The translations under genes and the position numbers were made by a program. From the IMG/VR virus record IMGVR_UViG_3300032087_002150, positions 32,001 to 96,000 of that record: 64,000 nt of DNA. One strand, 5' to 3'. Under the pieces are notes generated by a model that did not search any database, had not been told where the DNA came from, and saw only the letters and a list, made by a program, of their open reading frames with translations. Origin of the DNA: a virus. Shown one piece after another: positions 17,822 to 28,115 of this stretch. Numbering within the stretch: the stretch's first letter is position 1; each line of letters begins with the position of its first letter.

Positions 17822-18664
17822 TCACTCCTCGTCATCGGTACTCTTACGGAGTCTCTCTTTCATCCAGTCCTTAAGACCAGACTCTCCTCCTAGGCACTTG
17901 ACCTCTAAGGAATATTTCTCTGAGATTTTCTCTACTAGATTAGCACTCGAGAGAACATAGAAATCACTAGGATGTAGCAGTATGTTCTTTGCTTTACCAG
18001 ATGTTGCCCATCTCTCTATGCGTTCAGCAAGAGGTGTTGTCATTGTCAGTAGCACTATTGCTCTCCTCAAATTGATACAAAATACCATACACTAGATCAT
18101 ATGCCTGTTGTATCTCACTCAGGCGAATACGATTCTCATCAGATGGGTTATACTCAACAGCACGTTTTGCTGATTCAAGTCTCCCATGGAATGTGCCTTC
18201 TAGATGTGCACATAATGCGGATGTGCTGATCATATGGCCAACCCCATCATGACGCCGAGTATGACACCCAACGTGGCACATACGAGGATGCCTGACATGA
18301 CGTCCTCATCGGTGTTGGTCTCACGCTTCTTATGCGCATAGTCCTTATACGGTTTCATCAAACTCCTCCATCAGAGCACAAATCTCTTCATGACTTTTAT
18401 GAGGATACAAATCGCGCATATCGTCATAGACACTGTCATATGAGCAGTATACATGATCCCCATAACGAAACGAGTGATTGTAGAAGATTTCCTCGATCTG
18501 AGTCATTATGCTGCCTCCCTCTGTACATCTGCTTCCATGGCCATCAGTTCAGCGAGGATGATGATTCGCTCATCACGGTCAATCAGACCTGCTTTGAAAT
18601 CATCATTTGCTTTCTGCTTACGGCGAGCGATCAGGCGAAGTACAGTAGAAACGGTCATATTCAT
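17822..18664 (-). other. Early operon of five small coupled ORFs
   Basis: 18506-18664, 18345-18506, 18230-18358, 18024-18233 and 17822-18043, downstream of the promoter at 18741. Confidence 0.55.
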
Positions 18665-18740
18665 CTCCAAGAGGGGAAGGTCATTCAGTTAAGTCTAAGA
18701 GGATCATCCTCACCAGTCGACACTTCACCCTACAATACCT

Positions 18741-18799
18741 ATTATACTGATTTCTCAATCAAAGTAAAGCGAAAAAACTCCTGAAAAAACAGCGACTTA
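18741..18799 (-). promoter_or_regulatory. sigma70 promoter with degenerate IHF-like box
   Basis: TTTACT(18763-68)-16-TATAAT(18741-46); AAACAG-CGAC-TTA at 18787-99. Confidence 0.6.
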
Positions 18800-19033
18800 C
18801 ACAACCCCATAGCAATCATTAGCAATTTTCGTGGTTTTTCAGTCGCCCAAGCACCAACTAACGTTCCTGGAGTGCCTCCCATGCCCGATGATCAAGATAT
18901 CGCCTATGAGCAGCGAGGGTATTAGAGGAGAATGCACCAGGAGATTCCAAGAGGAAGTTCTCTAAGTCATTGAAAGTCATACCTAAAAACTCACATTCCT
19001 TATAGAGAATGGTCATAGCACTCTTAAGAGTCA

Positions 19034-19255
19034 TTATGCTACCTCCGCAAAAGCAAGATGAAGATCAATGAGTTCAGCATAGTAACCATAGAATGCTTCG
19101 AGCGAACCCATCTCTTCGATGACACGATCAACACCAAGATGCATCATGATGTCAGCTTCAACGAAGTCCCAGTCAGTATTGCCATCAACGACGTTCTCAG
19201 GATGATCAACATAGTGACGGAACAGTTCAGCGATTTCAGCGCGAATATTTGACAT
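19034..19255 (-). CDS. Hypothetical early protein
   Basis: MSNIRAEI...WDFVEAD; GGAGG RBS. Confidence 0.6.
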   Translation of the reverse strand: MSNIRAEIAELFRHYVDHPENVVDGNTDWDFVEADIMMHLGVDRVIEEMGSLEAFYGYYAELIDLHLAFAEVA

Positions 19256-19458
19256 TATTGTGCCTCCTTCAAGACAGAGAAAAGACAGTTCTGAGCAGCG
19301 ATGCCCCAAGCGAACTGACGAAAAGTCTTAGTTGCTTCAGGACCAAACGCTGCTTGGTATTCCATGAAGTTTGCTCGACAGTTCAACCACTCGTTTTCAG
19401 ACCAAGAGGTGAGTTTTCGCTCAATCATTTCGTCAGTTACTAGGTCAAATGCTTTCAT
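19255..19458 (-). CDS. Hypothetical early protein
   Basis: MKAFDLV; GGGAG RBS, behind a promoter. Confidence 0.6.
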   Translation of the reverse strand: MKAFDLVTDEMIERKLTSWSENEWLNCRANFMEYQAAFGPEATKTFRQFAWGIAAQNCLFSVLKEAQ

Positions 19459-19483
19459 ATCCAACTCCCTATTCAATATAATC

Positions 19484-19544
19484 ATTATACTGGTTATGAG
19501 GAGCAAAGTAAAGACTGATTTTCTCTATATGAATCAGTGAGTTA
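19484..19544 (-). promoter_or_regulatory. sigma70 promoter with IHF-like box
   Basis: TTTACT(19507-12)-17-TATAAT(19484-89); AATCAG-TGAG-TTA at 19532-44. Confidence 0.7.
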
Positions 19545-19872
19545 TGAAGAGTAGGGGATGAGTGGCAGGTTACTGATAATGCTTGACTTTTTCGACAGGA
19601 TAGGGGTTCGGACCCTCCTCTCCGCTATAAAGGTTATTTTCACCTATAAATCCCACACCGTATATGCTTTCGCCCTATTATGAGGCGACGATGAGTGAAA
19701 TCCGCCTATATGATGCTAAACTCTTGTTTTTCCTAGAGTTTTCGCGATATTTTTTAGATTTCACTATAGATTGTAGGATGAATACACGATAATAGACGTA
19801 TGAGTAAGTAAGAGACTGTATAGGAGTTATTTTCACTATACTTTACACATTTTTATTGATTTTCAATAGTGT

Positions 19873-20016
19873 TCATGCACGAGTATTTACGGTTTGACCT
19901 CGTTTGTTCCTATAGTAAAAGAACATATATGCATAATACATCGCCTGTTTAGGATGATGTACTGGATCCGCTTTAGGATATTGTCTTAAAAACTCTTTCC
20001 AGAGGTCATCATTCAT
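19873..20016 (-). CDS. Hypothetical protein (47 aa)
   Basis: Manual translation MNDDLWKEFLRQYPKADPVHHPKQAMYY... Confidence 0.5.
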   Translation of the reverse strand: MNDDLWKEFLRQYPKADPVHHPKQAMYYAYMFFYYRNKRGQTVNTRA

Positions 20017-20390
20017 GATAGGAAGTTCAGTATAGCGATTGAGAGTAATACGAGTGAAACACCGTTCAGTAGGATTAACGCTCTATCTTTCCATAGGATA
20101 CTGACTGCTAACCAACCTACAATACCGAACCATCCAAAGGCGATATCATAAGAGTAGTAATCAGGTCCAGCAGAACGAAAGGTCAGCGAAATAAGAATCA
20201 GAACAGATGATATCCATTTAAGATACCAGTCAAATGTACCTTTAGGAGTAACTGATTTCTGTATTCGATTACTATGTTCTATCTCTCCTACAGTGTATTC
20301 CTGACCTGTAGGTTCATTAGTGATCGTTTCTTCAGGTGCTATCAGAGAACCTTTTAGGTTCTCCTTTTCGAGTTCACTCGTATCGTTCAC
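20013..20390 (-). CDS. Membrane protein (3 TM)
   Basis: DWYLKWISS...GWL.VSILWKDRALILLN. Confidence 0.65.
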   Translation of the reverse strand: MNDTSELEKENLKGSLIAPEETITNEPTGQEYTVGEIEHSNRIQKSVTPKGTFDWYLKWISSVLILISLTFRSAGPDYYSYDIAFGWFGIVGWLAVSILWKDRALILLNGVSLVLLSIAILNFLS

Positions 20391-20586
20391 GGAAGAATCT
20401 CCTTATACGCATTTTACGATATACAGATAAAGCAAAGAAAGTAGCAGTAAAATAGACAGTGATTTCTAGAGCACTCCAGTCTAGATTTACAGCAATAGAC
20501 GCCAATACAAAGTTAATAGGAACACCGATAAGAGTCCCTGCTACGGTATCAGTGAATGCTTCTTTAAAGTCAAGGGTTGTTTTCAT
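20374..20586 (-). CDS. Small 2-TM membrane protein
   Basis: EAFTDT..G...R.F pattern. Confidence 0.55.
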   Translation of the reverse strand: MKTTLDFKEAFTDTVAGTLIGVPINFVLASIAVNLDWSALEITVYFTATFFALSVYRKMRIRRFFRERYE

Positions 20587-21130
20587 AACTGTATCCAAGG
20601 GTTGCTATATCAGCAGCATGCCGTTTCGCGACCTCTTTATACGTTTCAGTGGTATAATACTCAGTGTAGTGTTTGTGCTCGGTAGAGTTCTTGACTCCGA
20701 GCGGTTCGTTACAGTTACAGAGTTCTTGTATCTTAGAAAAGTCAGTGGCGAGATTCTCGAAACGTAATATCAATGCGTTTGGCGGGAAGAAAGACGTTTG
20801 ACGTCTCTTCGCATTTCCCCAAGACGTGTTCATGACAAACTCGTGAAAGTCATCGCTCACCCAGGACGCATTACGAAGGCGATAGTACGCCCAAGTAGAC
20901 ACGAGTCTATCCCAGGGATTGCGAACGACCACTACCACGGTTCCTGGATTCAGACGTCTAGCACGCATATGCGATTTGACTTTAGAGAACTCCCAGTGCT
21001 TACTTCCGAATGAGAGTGGCATATAGTCGGTGCCGTGTGCGTGGGTTTTTAACCACGAGGAAACGGCGGATCCGGCAGTTTTCGGGATGTGAACGAAGGT
21101 GAGTGGAATGTCAGGACAATATACTGCCAT
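20570..21130 (-). CDS. Sulfotransferase family 2 protein
   Basis: FVHIPKTAGSAV, VRNPWDRLVS.W, RFENL..DF. Confidence 0.85.
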   Translation of the reverse strand: MAVYCPDIPLTFVHIPKTAGSAVSSWLKTHAHGTDYMPLSFGSKHWEFSKVKSHMRARRLNPGTVVVVVRNPWDRLVSTWAYYRLRNASWVSDDFHEFVMNTSWGNAKRRQTSFFPPNALILRFENLATDFSKIQELCNCNEPLGVKNSTEHKHYTEYYTTETYKEVAKRHAADIATLGYSYENNP

Positions 21131-21606
21131 TATCTATCTGCCTTAAAACCAAAGGAACAACCAACACGAGGTTCAGTCAATGTAACAACTTCATGTATCG
21201 TGTTCGCAGGAAAGTAAATCGCGTCATTTTCAGAGAGTTTATACTTCATTCCATCTATTTCCCATACTGTCGAACCAACACACTGTATGTATAAAATATC
21301 AGTCTCATCAGAGTGTGCGCCAAATCCAACGAAGTCTGTATCGTAGGCGACATAGAAGTGCGCATCACAGTGAGGAGAATGCGTAGCACTCATTATCTGA
21401 GCACAGAATCGTTTAACGGATTCAGTCGTAATGTAAGCAGTCTGACTACAGTAACCGTGATCGTACAGTTTTATGTTATCAACCGAACGAGCGTAGGTAG
21501 CATCTGCTTCAGCGTCTTCGAGTGTAATGTTCAGATCGTAAAAGTTCGGGAGATATATTACTTCTTCGTTGCGTATCGCAGTTTGTAGATCAAGTGAGAA
21601 GTTCAT
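21130..21606 (-). CDS. JmjC/cupin-like 2OG oxygenase
   Basis: GFGAHSD..D...Q..G...W...IYFP...HEV...R..SFG. Confidence 0.75.
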   Translation of the reverse strand: MNFSLDLQTAIRNEEVIYLPNFYDLNITLEDAEADATYARSVDNIKLYDHGYCSQTAYITTESVKRFCAQIMSATHSPHCDAHFYVAYDTDFVGFGAHSDETDILYIQCVGSTVWEIDGMKYKLSENDAIYFPANTIHEVVTLTEPRVGCSFGFKADR

Positions 21607-22456
21607 AGTTCCTCAACAGGAGTTCCTTACGATTCTTTTCATCCTCGCGATAGTTCTTACCTGAATGTAGTGTGTAGGTCAGATCAAAGGTGTGTTGCTG
21701 CCAGTCATGATACATTGTTTTCAGCAACTCATTGTTATCGTAGGAGATCATCATGTTAGATTTACAGTAAGAAACCTGCGTATGAAACTCCACGTGATCG
21801 AAGTTCTTATGCATGTCACCGTTACGACCGTACAGGAACGATGTACCGTCCTTTCCTACTTTCGCATAGGGTGGATCGAGATAGATAAACGTGTTAGGAT
21901 CATCAATGAGACAGTCAGAGTAGTCAACGTTGGTAATCTTCCAGTTCTTGATATGCTCTCCGTAAAGTAACAGCGAGCGAATGTTATTCTCACTGAAGTT
22001 TGATACGGATGCCTGCTCACTGAAACCTGATGATTCACCCAGACCTGAGAAGGAACACTTGTTACATACCCACCAGCGCCAACCAATATCAAACTTATTG
22101 TTCCATGGTTGACCGCAATCTATTTTCAGTAAATATGCCTTACAGTCCTCGAACAGTTTACGATGACCCACTGCGTCCCTCGCGTCACTTTTGACCTTCA
22201 GAAGCGTTTCTACGAGGTCTGAGGGAGAGTCACGGAGTGTAATCCAGAAGCAATATAGGTTATAATACTTGTCATTGATGTGAATAGGAACGTGAGGGAA
22301 CTGACGTGAAAAGGCGAATGCCATTGACCCGCCACCCACGAAAGGTTCAACGTATTTTCCTATCAGAGAGTTAGGCAGGAACTGAAGCAACGTCTTGGTT
22401 GCTCGAGACTTCCCGCCCATGTATCGAATCGGAGTTTTTAGTTTTCTCGGTAGCAT
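21590..22456 (-). CDS. dam: Dam-family DNA adenine methyltransferase (T4-like orphan)
   Basis: TPIRYMGGKS, EPFVGGG, YLDPPY, MISY. Confidence 0.88.
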   Translation of the reverse strand: MLPRKLKTPIRYMGGKSRATKTLLQFLPNSLIGKYVEPFVGGGSMAFAFSRQFPHVPIHINDKYYNLYCFWITLRDSPSDLVETLLKVKSDARDAVGHRKLFEDCKAYLLKIDCGQPWNNKFDIGWRWWVCNKCSFSGLGESSGFSEQASVSNFSENNIRSLLLYGEHIKNWKITNVDYSDCLIDDPNTFIYLDPPYAKVGKDGTSFLYGRNGDMHKNFDHVEFHTQVSYCKSNMMISYDNNELLKTMYHDWQQHTFDLTYTLHSGKNYREDEKNRKELLLRNYELLT

Positions 22457-22464
22457 AATATAAT

Positions 22465-22492
22465 ATTATACTCAGGAAGGGTCAAATGTCAA
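22465..22492 (-). promoter_or_regulatory. sigma70 promoter
   Basis: TTGACA-16-TATAAT upstream of dam. Confidence 0.65.
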
Positions 22493-22755
22493 CCCATATA
22501 CAGTTTATCAATGTGATCCGAAAATGCTTCAATCTTAGTCAGACGCTCTGGCCAGTAGATATAGTCGCGCTCAGGGTCTTTCTTAAGATTGTTTAGAAGT
22601 GGTTGGATTGCCTTGTAGATGCTGTCGAGTCGTGCTTTAATCTCGTCTGCTTCTGCTGTGGTCGACTCCAACTTGGCGGTAGTCTCTTGGATAACCTCAA
22701 GTTCGTCGAGTGTAACTGCTGTAAAACCAAAGTCAAAGATGTCTTCACTCATCAT
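22489..22755 (-). CDS. Conserved T4-like hypothetical protein
   Basis: FDFGFTAV...PLLNNLKKDPERDYIYWP.R. Confidence 0.7.
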   Translation of the reverse strand: MMSEDIFDFGFTAVTLDELEVIQETTAKLESTTAEADEIKARLDSIYKAIQPLLNNLKKDPERDYIYWPERLTKIEAFSDHIDKLYMG

Positions 22756-22969
22756 CTTCCTCCCATGCTCCGCAATAGTTACAGGTTTCGTTTTTACCGA
22801 TCCACATTACACCCATTTCTACAGTGCAAGAATGCTGCCACATATTGTCATAGTTGACTTCGTGTAGCATAGTGGGTTTCTTAGGTTTACTGAAAATACG
22901 ATCCCAGTTAGATTCAAAAGTTTCTCTATCCACCGAGAAAGGTCTCGGCGTATCACCCTTTCCGTTCAT
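22745..22969 (-). CDS. Hypothetical protein with C-terminal Cys motif
   Basis: GKGDTPRPFSV...NWDRIF; HSC...CNYCG. Confidence 0.6.
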   Translation of the reverse strand: MNGKGDTPRPFSVDRETFESNWDRIFSKPKKPTMLHEVNYDNMWQHSCTVEMGVMWIGKNETCNYCGAWEEDDE

Positions 22970-23238
22970 TGTAAAATGATTCCGCTAGTTTGCTGTTGCC
23001 ATGCTTTTTCAAGTTCAGGTGCAGTTGCAACTACAGCAACAATGCTACCCTTGTAGAATACACCACCAGTCGGATCCTTGATACCTGTCATACAAATACC
23101 AGGAGCGAGACCAGCACCCTCCGATTGATTGACGAACAAACGGGGATCTGCTAGTTCAATAGAATCTACGGTCTCTTCAACAACACGACCAATGATTTCA
23201 CCGATATGAGTCACCAATGTTACAACGTCACCTTTCAT
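22966..23238 (-). CDS. Sm-like hypothetical protein of T4-like phages
   Basis: GDVVTL...GEIIGR...Q.TSGII. Confidence 0.6.
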   Translation of the reverse strand: MKGDVVTLVTHIGEIIGRVVEETVDSIELADPRLFVNQSEGAGLAPGICMTGIKDPTGGVFYKGSIVAVVATAPELEKAWQQQTSGIILQ

Positions 23239-23483
23239 AATTTATCACCTCTATTCACGTAATTTTCTCTGTTTTGCATAATCCAACGATCAAGAGCATC
23301 TTCAAGATCTTCTTGATCAAAAGTACCTTCTTCATGAAGGATTTTAATTATTTTCATGCCACCTTCAGCAGACCCATCTTGATATCCTAGTCGGAAACCT
23401 ACCTGTCCTCCTAGTAATCTACCTATGTAATATGCTCCTGCTAATAAGATTGTGGCGATGAAAGTATGAGTTATAGGATCCAA
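23235..23483 (-). CDS. Small membrane-anchored protein
   Basis: N-terminal TM segment; TTG start. Confidence 0.5.
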   Translation of the reverse strand: MDPITHTFIATILLAGAYYIGRLLGGQVGFRLGYQDGSAEGGMKIIKILHEEGTFDQEDLEDALDRWIMQNRENYVNRGDKL

Positions 23484-23485
23484 GG

Positions 23486-23701
23486 TTATACGCCAAGGAA
23501 ACTTTGAATGGAAGGTAACACTTGAAGTATTACTAAACCACCGAGCACCATGTAAGTTATGCGCTCAACTCGTACGAGACGAGTTTCGATATCATCCAAC
23601 TGTCGCTTTAGCGAGTGTATGGACTCATCGATGTGTTCGATTTTAGTTTTCAACACTGCTACCTCAACCTGTAGTTCAACTTCTGAATCGTCTTGTAACA
23701 T
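23486..23701 (-). CDS. XhlA-like coiled-coil plus TM protein (possible lysis accessory)
   Basis: Heptad region then C-terminal TM; TAAATA late-type core at 23734-39. Confidence 0.5.
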   Translation of the reverse strand: MLQDDSEVELQVEVAVLKTKIEHIDESIHSLKRQLDDIETRLVRVERITYMVLGGLVILQVLPSIQSFLGV

Positions 23702-23736
23702 AATAGGGTTCCGAGAAAGAAATTATGTCACTTTAT

Positions 23737-25152
23737 TTAGGCGATTTGAAATCCCTCAGCACTGATTTTCTTCCCTGAAGAAGTCATATCAAACACAGGA
23801 ACGTCCTCAGTCGGTATCTTTTTACCTGAAGCGACATCTTGAACGAGGTCATGTTCCGCGTCTTCAATGTCAAACAGTTTCATTTTACTTCGATCAATGC
23901 CGATTACGAACCTCTTATGCATGTTAGGATCGCTGTAACGATTCTTCAACTGTTTGACCATAACCTGATTCAACGCATTTAGTTCATCATTTGATACCAA
24001 GGCAAGCATCAGGTCAGCAGTAGCAGGTAGACCAAACGACTCACTTGTATCCTCGAGACCAGGATCGGATGACCCATAACCCGATCGCGTAGTTTGTGTT
24101 GCTGACATGATAGGCAGGTTAAACTCAACCGCCAGTCCACGTAACTCCTCAGCGATTGCCTTCACGAAAGTGTATGAGTTGACTGCACCGCCAACAGATT
24201 TTACTCGTGAAGAAGCACAAATATTCAAATAGTCTATAAAGACTACATCAGGCACGAACTTCTTTTTCAGTTTGAGTTCATTCAACAGAGCACGGAAGTG
24301 ACCAGAATGTGCCTGGGAAGTAGGATACTCTTTGATGACCAGAGTGCCTTGTGTTTTCTCTGCTAGTTTCTGTACCTTACCGACGAACATATCCTTGGAC
24401 AGCGTAGTAATCTGATCCAACGACACGTCCAACAGATTGGCGTCGATACGTTCAGCGATACGCTCCTCTGCCATTTCCATAGTTACATACAACACGTTCT
24501 TGCCTTGACTTAACGCTGCTGCTGCACAATGACACATGAACAGCGACTTACCAACACCTGTACCAGCAAGAATAATGTTCAACGACTTGTTAGGCAACCC
24601 ACCCTTGGTGATCTTGTTCAGATAATCAAGGTCAAAGGGGATACGCTCTTCAACTGTATGATAGAACTCATATCGCTCCTCAGCGTCCTGCAAATAGTCG
24701 TGACCGATATTAGTATCGAAAGTCACCGCAAGTGCCTTTGACAAAATATCTGGCAATGCATTCTTCGTCAGAGTTTGATGCTTACCGTCGATGATAGAGA
24801 TGGACTCCATCACTGCGTTGAACAACGCACGGTCCTGACACCAACTTTCAGTGTTAGAAATCAACCAATCAAGATTAGTCTCAGTATCCTCAACAAAGAG
24901 ATCAGGCAGAATATCCATAGCATGCCTGAATGCTTCTTCGGAGAAACTTTCCTCGCTTTCCTGCACCGAGATACGGAAGGCATCGAGAGAAGGAACGCCA
25001 TTATACTTGGCAACATACTTCGCAAACTCTTTGAAGAGTTGTTGATGCACACCTTCAAAATACTTTGGTTCCATGAAAGGTACAACCCTTCGCATATAAT
25101 CTTCGTTGGTGAAGAAAGAGCGGAGGATCATATTTTGCATGTCTAGATTCAT
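23737..25152 (-). CDS. 41: Replicative DNA helicase gp41
   Basis: GTGVGKS Walker A, MEMAEERIAERIDAN, DYLNI, SESFGLPATAD, KQLKNRY. Confidence 0.96.
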   Translation of the reverse strand: MNLDMQNMILRSFFTNEDYMRRVVPFMEPKYFEGVHQQLFKEFAKYVAKYNGVPSLDAFRISVQESEESFSEEAFRHAMDILPDLFVEDTETNLDWLISNTESWCQDRALFNAVMESISIIDGKHQTLTKNALPDILSKALAVTFDTNIGHDYLQDAEERYEFYHTVEERIPFDLDYLNKITKGGLPNKSLNIILAGTGVGKSLFMCHCAAAALSQGKNVLYVTMEMAEERIAERIDANLLDVSLDQITTLSKDMFVGKVQKLAEKTQGTLVIKEYPTSQAHSGHFRALLNELKLKKKFVPDVVFIDYLNICASSRVKSVGGAVNSYTFVKAIAEELRGLAVEFNLPIMSATQTTRSGYGSSDPGLEDTSESFGLPATADLMLALVSNDELNALNQVMVKQLKNRYSDPNMHKRFVIGIDRSKMKLFDIEDAEHDLVQDVASGKKIPTEDVPVFDMTSSGKKISAEGFQIA

Positions 25153-25556
25153 TCAGTTATTTCTCTTGTCTTTAAAGCACCGTCTTTTTGCCACTCACCA
25201 AGTGCGGTGGTCAGGCAAGAAGTCAGAGTGTTCAGGAAGTGTGTATGGTCAGTGACTACTGTTTCTTTGGGTTCGTAGATCTTGTAGTAATCATATTGTA
25301 GACCATCACCTTCCATCATAATATTTTGAAACTTAACAAGGATATCGGTGTACGGTTCCTTCAATAACAGCATGCACCACTCATCAGCTGCTGATGGATT
25401 AGAACTATCCCTTGCTGCTTCCGGATCAGGCAAAATCAAATAATCATCATACTCACCAACCTCAAATGACTCGATGTCTTTATCTGCCATAATAGTGAGT
25501 GAGTTGAGGTGAGGATACTTGTCAAGGTAATCCTCCATTGCTGCTTTATCAGACAT
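25149..25556 (-). CDS. Hypothetical protein between uvsX and 41
   Basis: Start reassigned to MSDKAA. Confidence 0.55.
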   Translation of the reverse strand: MSDKAAMEDYLDKYPHLNSLTIMADKDIESFEVGEYDDYLILPDPEAARDSSNPSAADEWCMLLLKEPYTDILVKFQNIMMEGDGLQYDYYKIYEPKETVVTDHTHFLNTLTSCLTTALGEWQKDGALKTREITE

Positions 25557-25959
25557 CAATAAACTCTCGATTCTTGATATGTTGTTCGGCAATCTCATCT
25601 TTAGATTGTCCATGATATTCAACAGCGATATGCTTTTCAATCATCATAGCATTAACGCTGCGATATGAGTCAGTCTCACCGTCATAGATCATAAACTCAC
25701 CAAGGATGCGACCGAACTTACCACGACCATCCTTCTTTGTACGGATGATACCTGTTTTACCAAGTGCGTTCTTCAGATAGTTCTTGGCATACAGTCCATA
25801 CTTCTTTTCTTCTTTGTCACGAGTGCGCGACTCAGGCGTGTCGATACCATACAGTCGGATACGTTGGTCTCGTAGGACAACATCGAATCCTAGATCAATA
25901 TCAACATCGACTGTGTCACCGTCAACTACCTTGACAATTTTACATTGATACTCAAACAT
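25549..25959 (-). CDS. Thermonuclease (SNase-like)
   Basis: VVDGDTVD, RLYGIDTPE, GKFGRILG. Confidence 0.88.
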   Translation of the reverse strand: MFEYQCKIVKVVDGDTVDVDIDLGFDVVLRDQRIRLYGIDTPESRTRDKEEKKYGLYAKNYLKNALGKTGIIRTKKDGRGKFGRILGEFMIYDGETDSYRSVNAMMIEKHIAVEYHGQSKDEIAEQHIKNREFIDV

Positions 25960-27004
25960 GTTCTTCCTCTAGTTCTAGTTCAAGTTCTTCGATTTCCCCA
26001 CCAATCTGGTAGGACTTTCTTACGAAATCTTTGAAGTCAGATTCGGTAAGGAGCGGTTCCCAGAAAGTATCTGTTCTTGTGTCTTTCTCTCTGACTTTGT
26101 TGCCAACGAGTTGTCCAGTGCTCTTATCAACAAGTTGATACCACCCGTTGCTAGGTTTAATAACATACCCACCAGCAAGAGCAACATCCAAAAGACCAGA
26201 GTAACGCTCAATACCACCTTCCCAACTAACTGAGACAGGAACTTTCGACTTCTCTCTAACATAACGCGACTTCTCCACGTTGATTATAAAATCGTAACCA
26301 GTGACTTCAGTACCAGTCTTGTTCTGGCGACGACCAATGATCCACACATTATCAGCAGAGTACATGATACCTGTGCCACCTGATACAATATCTTTCGGGA
26401 ACAATCCAATCTCTTTGTATGTGTGATTGATAGCAAGCATCGGGATATCTTTCATAGTCAGATATGGCGTGACCATACGGAACAGACCCTTCAATGCTTT
26501 CGCTCTTGACATATCTGCGACTGACTTCTCATTGATAGCATCCTCAAGTTCTTTCTTCGATGCTAGATTGCCGATAGAGTCAATCACGATTACCACATCG
26601 TCGGTTGCTTCAAGTGCTTCCAACTGAGCAATCAAGTCAAACTTCAACTCCTCGACGTTAGCGATAGGAGTATGCAGTACACGATCAGTGTCGATACCGA
26701 ACGTCTTGAAATATGCTTGGGGTGAACCAAACTCTGAATCATAGAATAACACGACTGACTCAGGTTTCGCTTTCTGATATGCTGCTGCCATCAACAAAGC
26801 GAACGAAGTCTTGAAGTGTTTACTTGGTCCAGCAAGCACAGTCAACCCAGAGGATAGTCCACCGTCAATATCGCCGCTCAAGGCAACGTTGACCATTGGT
26901 ACGCCTGTGTTGATCAGTTCTTTTTCTACGAAGAACTTGGAATCAGACAACGTCTCCGCTGCCTTGATCTTGCTGTTCTTCTTCAGTTTATCCATTACAC
27001 TCAT
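25952..27004 (-). CDS. uvsX: RecA-like recombinase UvsX
   Basis: AGPSKHFKT, FYDSEFG, DSIGNLASKKE, DMSRAK. Confidence 0.96.
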   Translation of the reverse strand: MSVMDKLKKNSKIKAAETLSDSKFFVEKELINTGVPMVNVALSGDIDGGLSSGLTVLAGPSKHFKTSFALLMAAAYQKAKPESVVLFYDSEFGSPQAYFKTFGIDTDRVLHTPIANVEELKFDLIAQLEALEATDDVVIVIDSIGNLASKKELEDAINEKSVADMSRAKALKGLFRMVTPYLTMKDIPMLAINHTYKEIGLFPKDIVSGGTGIMYSADNVWIIGRRQNKTGTEVTGYDFIINVEKSRYVREKSKVPVSVSWEGGIERYSGLLDVALAGGYVIKPSNGWYQLVDKSTGQLVGNKVREKDTRTDTFWEPLLTESDFKDFVRKSYQIGGEIEELELELEEEHV

Positions 27005-28089
27005 GCTGCATCCTCATCAAACATATCAACCTGACCTGTTGTATCCAACACGTCTTCTTCATTCAACACTTCATCAATGTCGTTGCTTACAATCTCAACT
27101 TCTTCTTCTTTGAACCTGACGTTGGCAACTTTCTCACGGTCATCAAGTTCATACTCACTACGGAGTTCCTTGTTGATTTCCTGCACAGTTTCGAGCAGAG
27201 TCATCTTGTCAGTGTAGTTGACGAAAGCAGACAAGTCTTTCGGGAAACAAGCACCACCAAACCCTCGCTTGTTATCTGGACCAGGAACTCGCCAATGAGT
27301 TGGACCAAGTCTTGGTTCATGAGACAATGCCTTTATGACTTCCATCGGATTAACAGACAGGGTCTCATCTTCCAATGCCTTGTACAGTTGATTGAAGAAT
27401 GTCACTTTCATTGCCAAGAAAGTATTGATAGCATACTTGATAAATGATGCTTCAACTGGATGGCAAGTAGTGACCTTGTTGGGATCATTCGGGAACTTCA
27501 TGTAAGTGTTTGATCTATAAAACTCCATCAACTGTTGAGTTGAGTCTGGCAATCCACCCAGCACCATGTACTCGGGATTACAAAACTCATGATCAGCATT
27601 TTTCTCAGTCAAAAACTCCGGAGAGTAGATGAAGCGAGAAGCTGCCTCGGCACCTTCAACTGACCGACAAATCTTATCAATGACGTCAGGCGTAACAGTA
27701 GACTTCAAAACCACAGCAGATTTAGTCAATCGAATCAACTTCAAGACTGCATCAATGGTGACTGCTGCATCAATCCTACCGTTATTCAACACTGGGGTAG
27801 GAGTACAGACAAAACAAAGAGCAGGTTCCTGCTCGATCAACTGGTCGATGTTAGTTTTGTAGTTGGGATCAACTAGGAATCTCTCAATATTCTCATTGAA
27901 TGATCGCTCAACTGCCTTACCCACGAATCCATGACCCACGATACCAACCAAAGGTTTATCACCTTTGCCGTAATCAGGATCAGTGGGGAAGAAGGAAGGT
28001 CTTTCTTGTTCTTGCTCTGCTTGCTGCTGTTGCATTCGAATCATTTCTGCCTGCTGCAAGAGACGCTGTTGTTCTTCAGTTAGTTCCAT
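27001..28089 (-). CDS. UDP-glucose/GDP-mannose dehydrogenase family protein (short phage form)
   Basis: GHGFVG, CTPTP, KSTV.P, SPEFL.E, GFGGACFPKD. Confidence 0.88.
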   Translation of the reverse strand: MELTEEQQRLLQQAEMIRMQQQQAEQEQERPSFFPTDPDYGKGDKPLVGIVGHGFVGKAVERSFNENIERFLVDPNYKTNIDQLIEQEPALCFVCTPTPVLNNGRIDAAVTIDAVLKLIRLTKSAVVLKSTVTPDVIDKICRSVEGAEAASRFIYSPEFLTEKNADHEFCNPEYMVLGGLPDSTQQLMEFYRSNTYMKFPNDPNKVTTCHPVEASFIKYAINTFLAMKVTFFNQLYKALEDETLSVNPMEVIKALSHEPRLGPTHWRVPGPDNKRGFGGACFPKDLSAFVNYTDKMTLLETVQEINKELRSEYELDDREKVANVRFKEEEVEIVSNDIDEVLNEEDVLDTTGQVDMFDEDAA

Positions 28090-28115
28090 TTGATACTCTC
28101 CATAACAATACACAT

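Noticed and set aside
19555-19627. tRNA-like 3' end GGGGTTCGGACCCTCCTCTCCGCTA on the plus strand
   Set aside because: No clean acceptor stem, D-arm or anticodon arm could be built; at most a remnant
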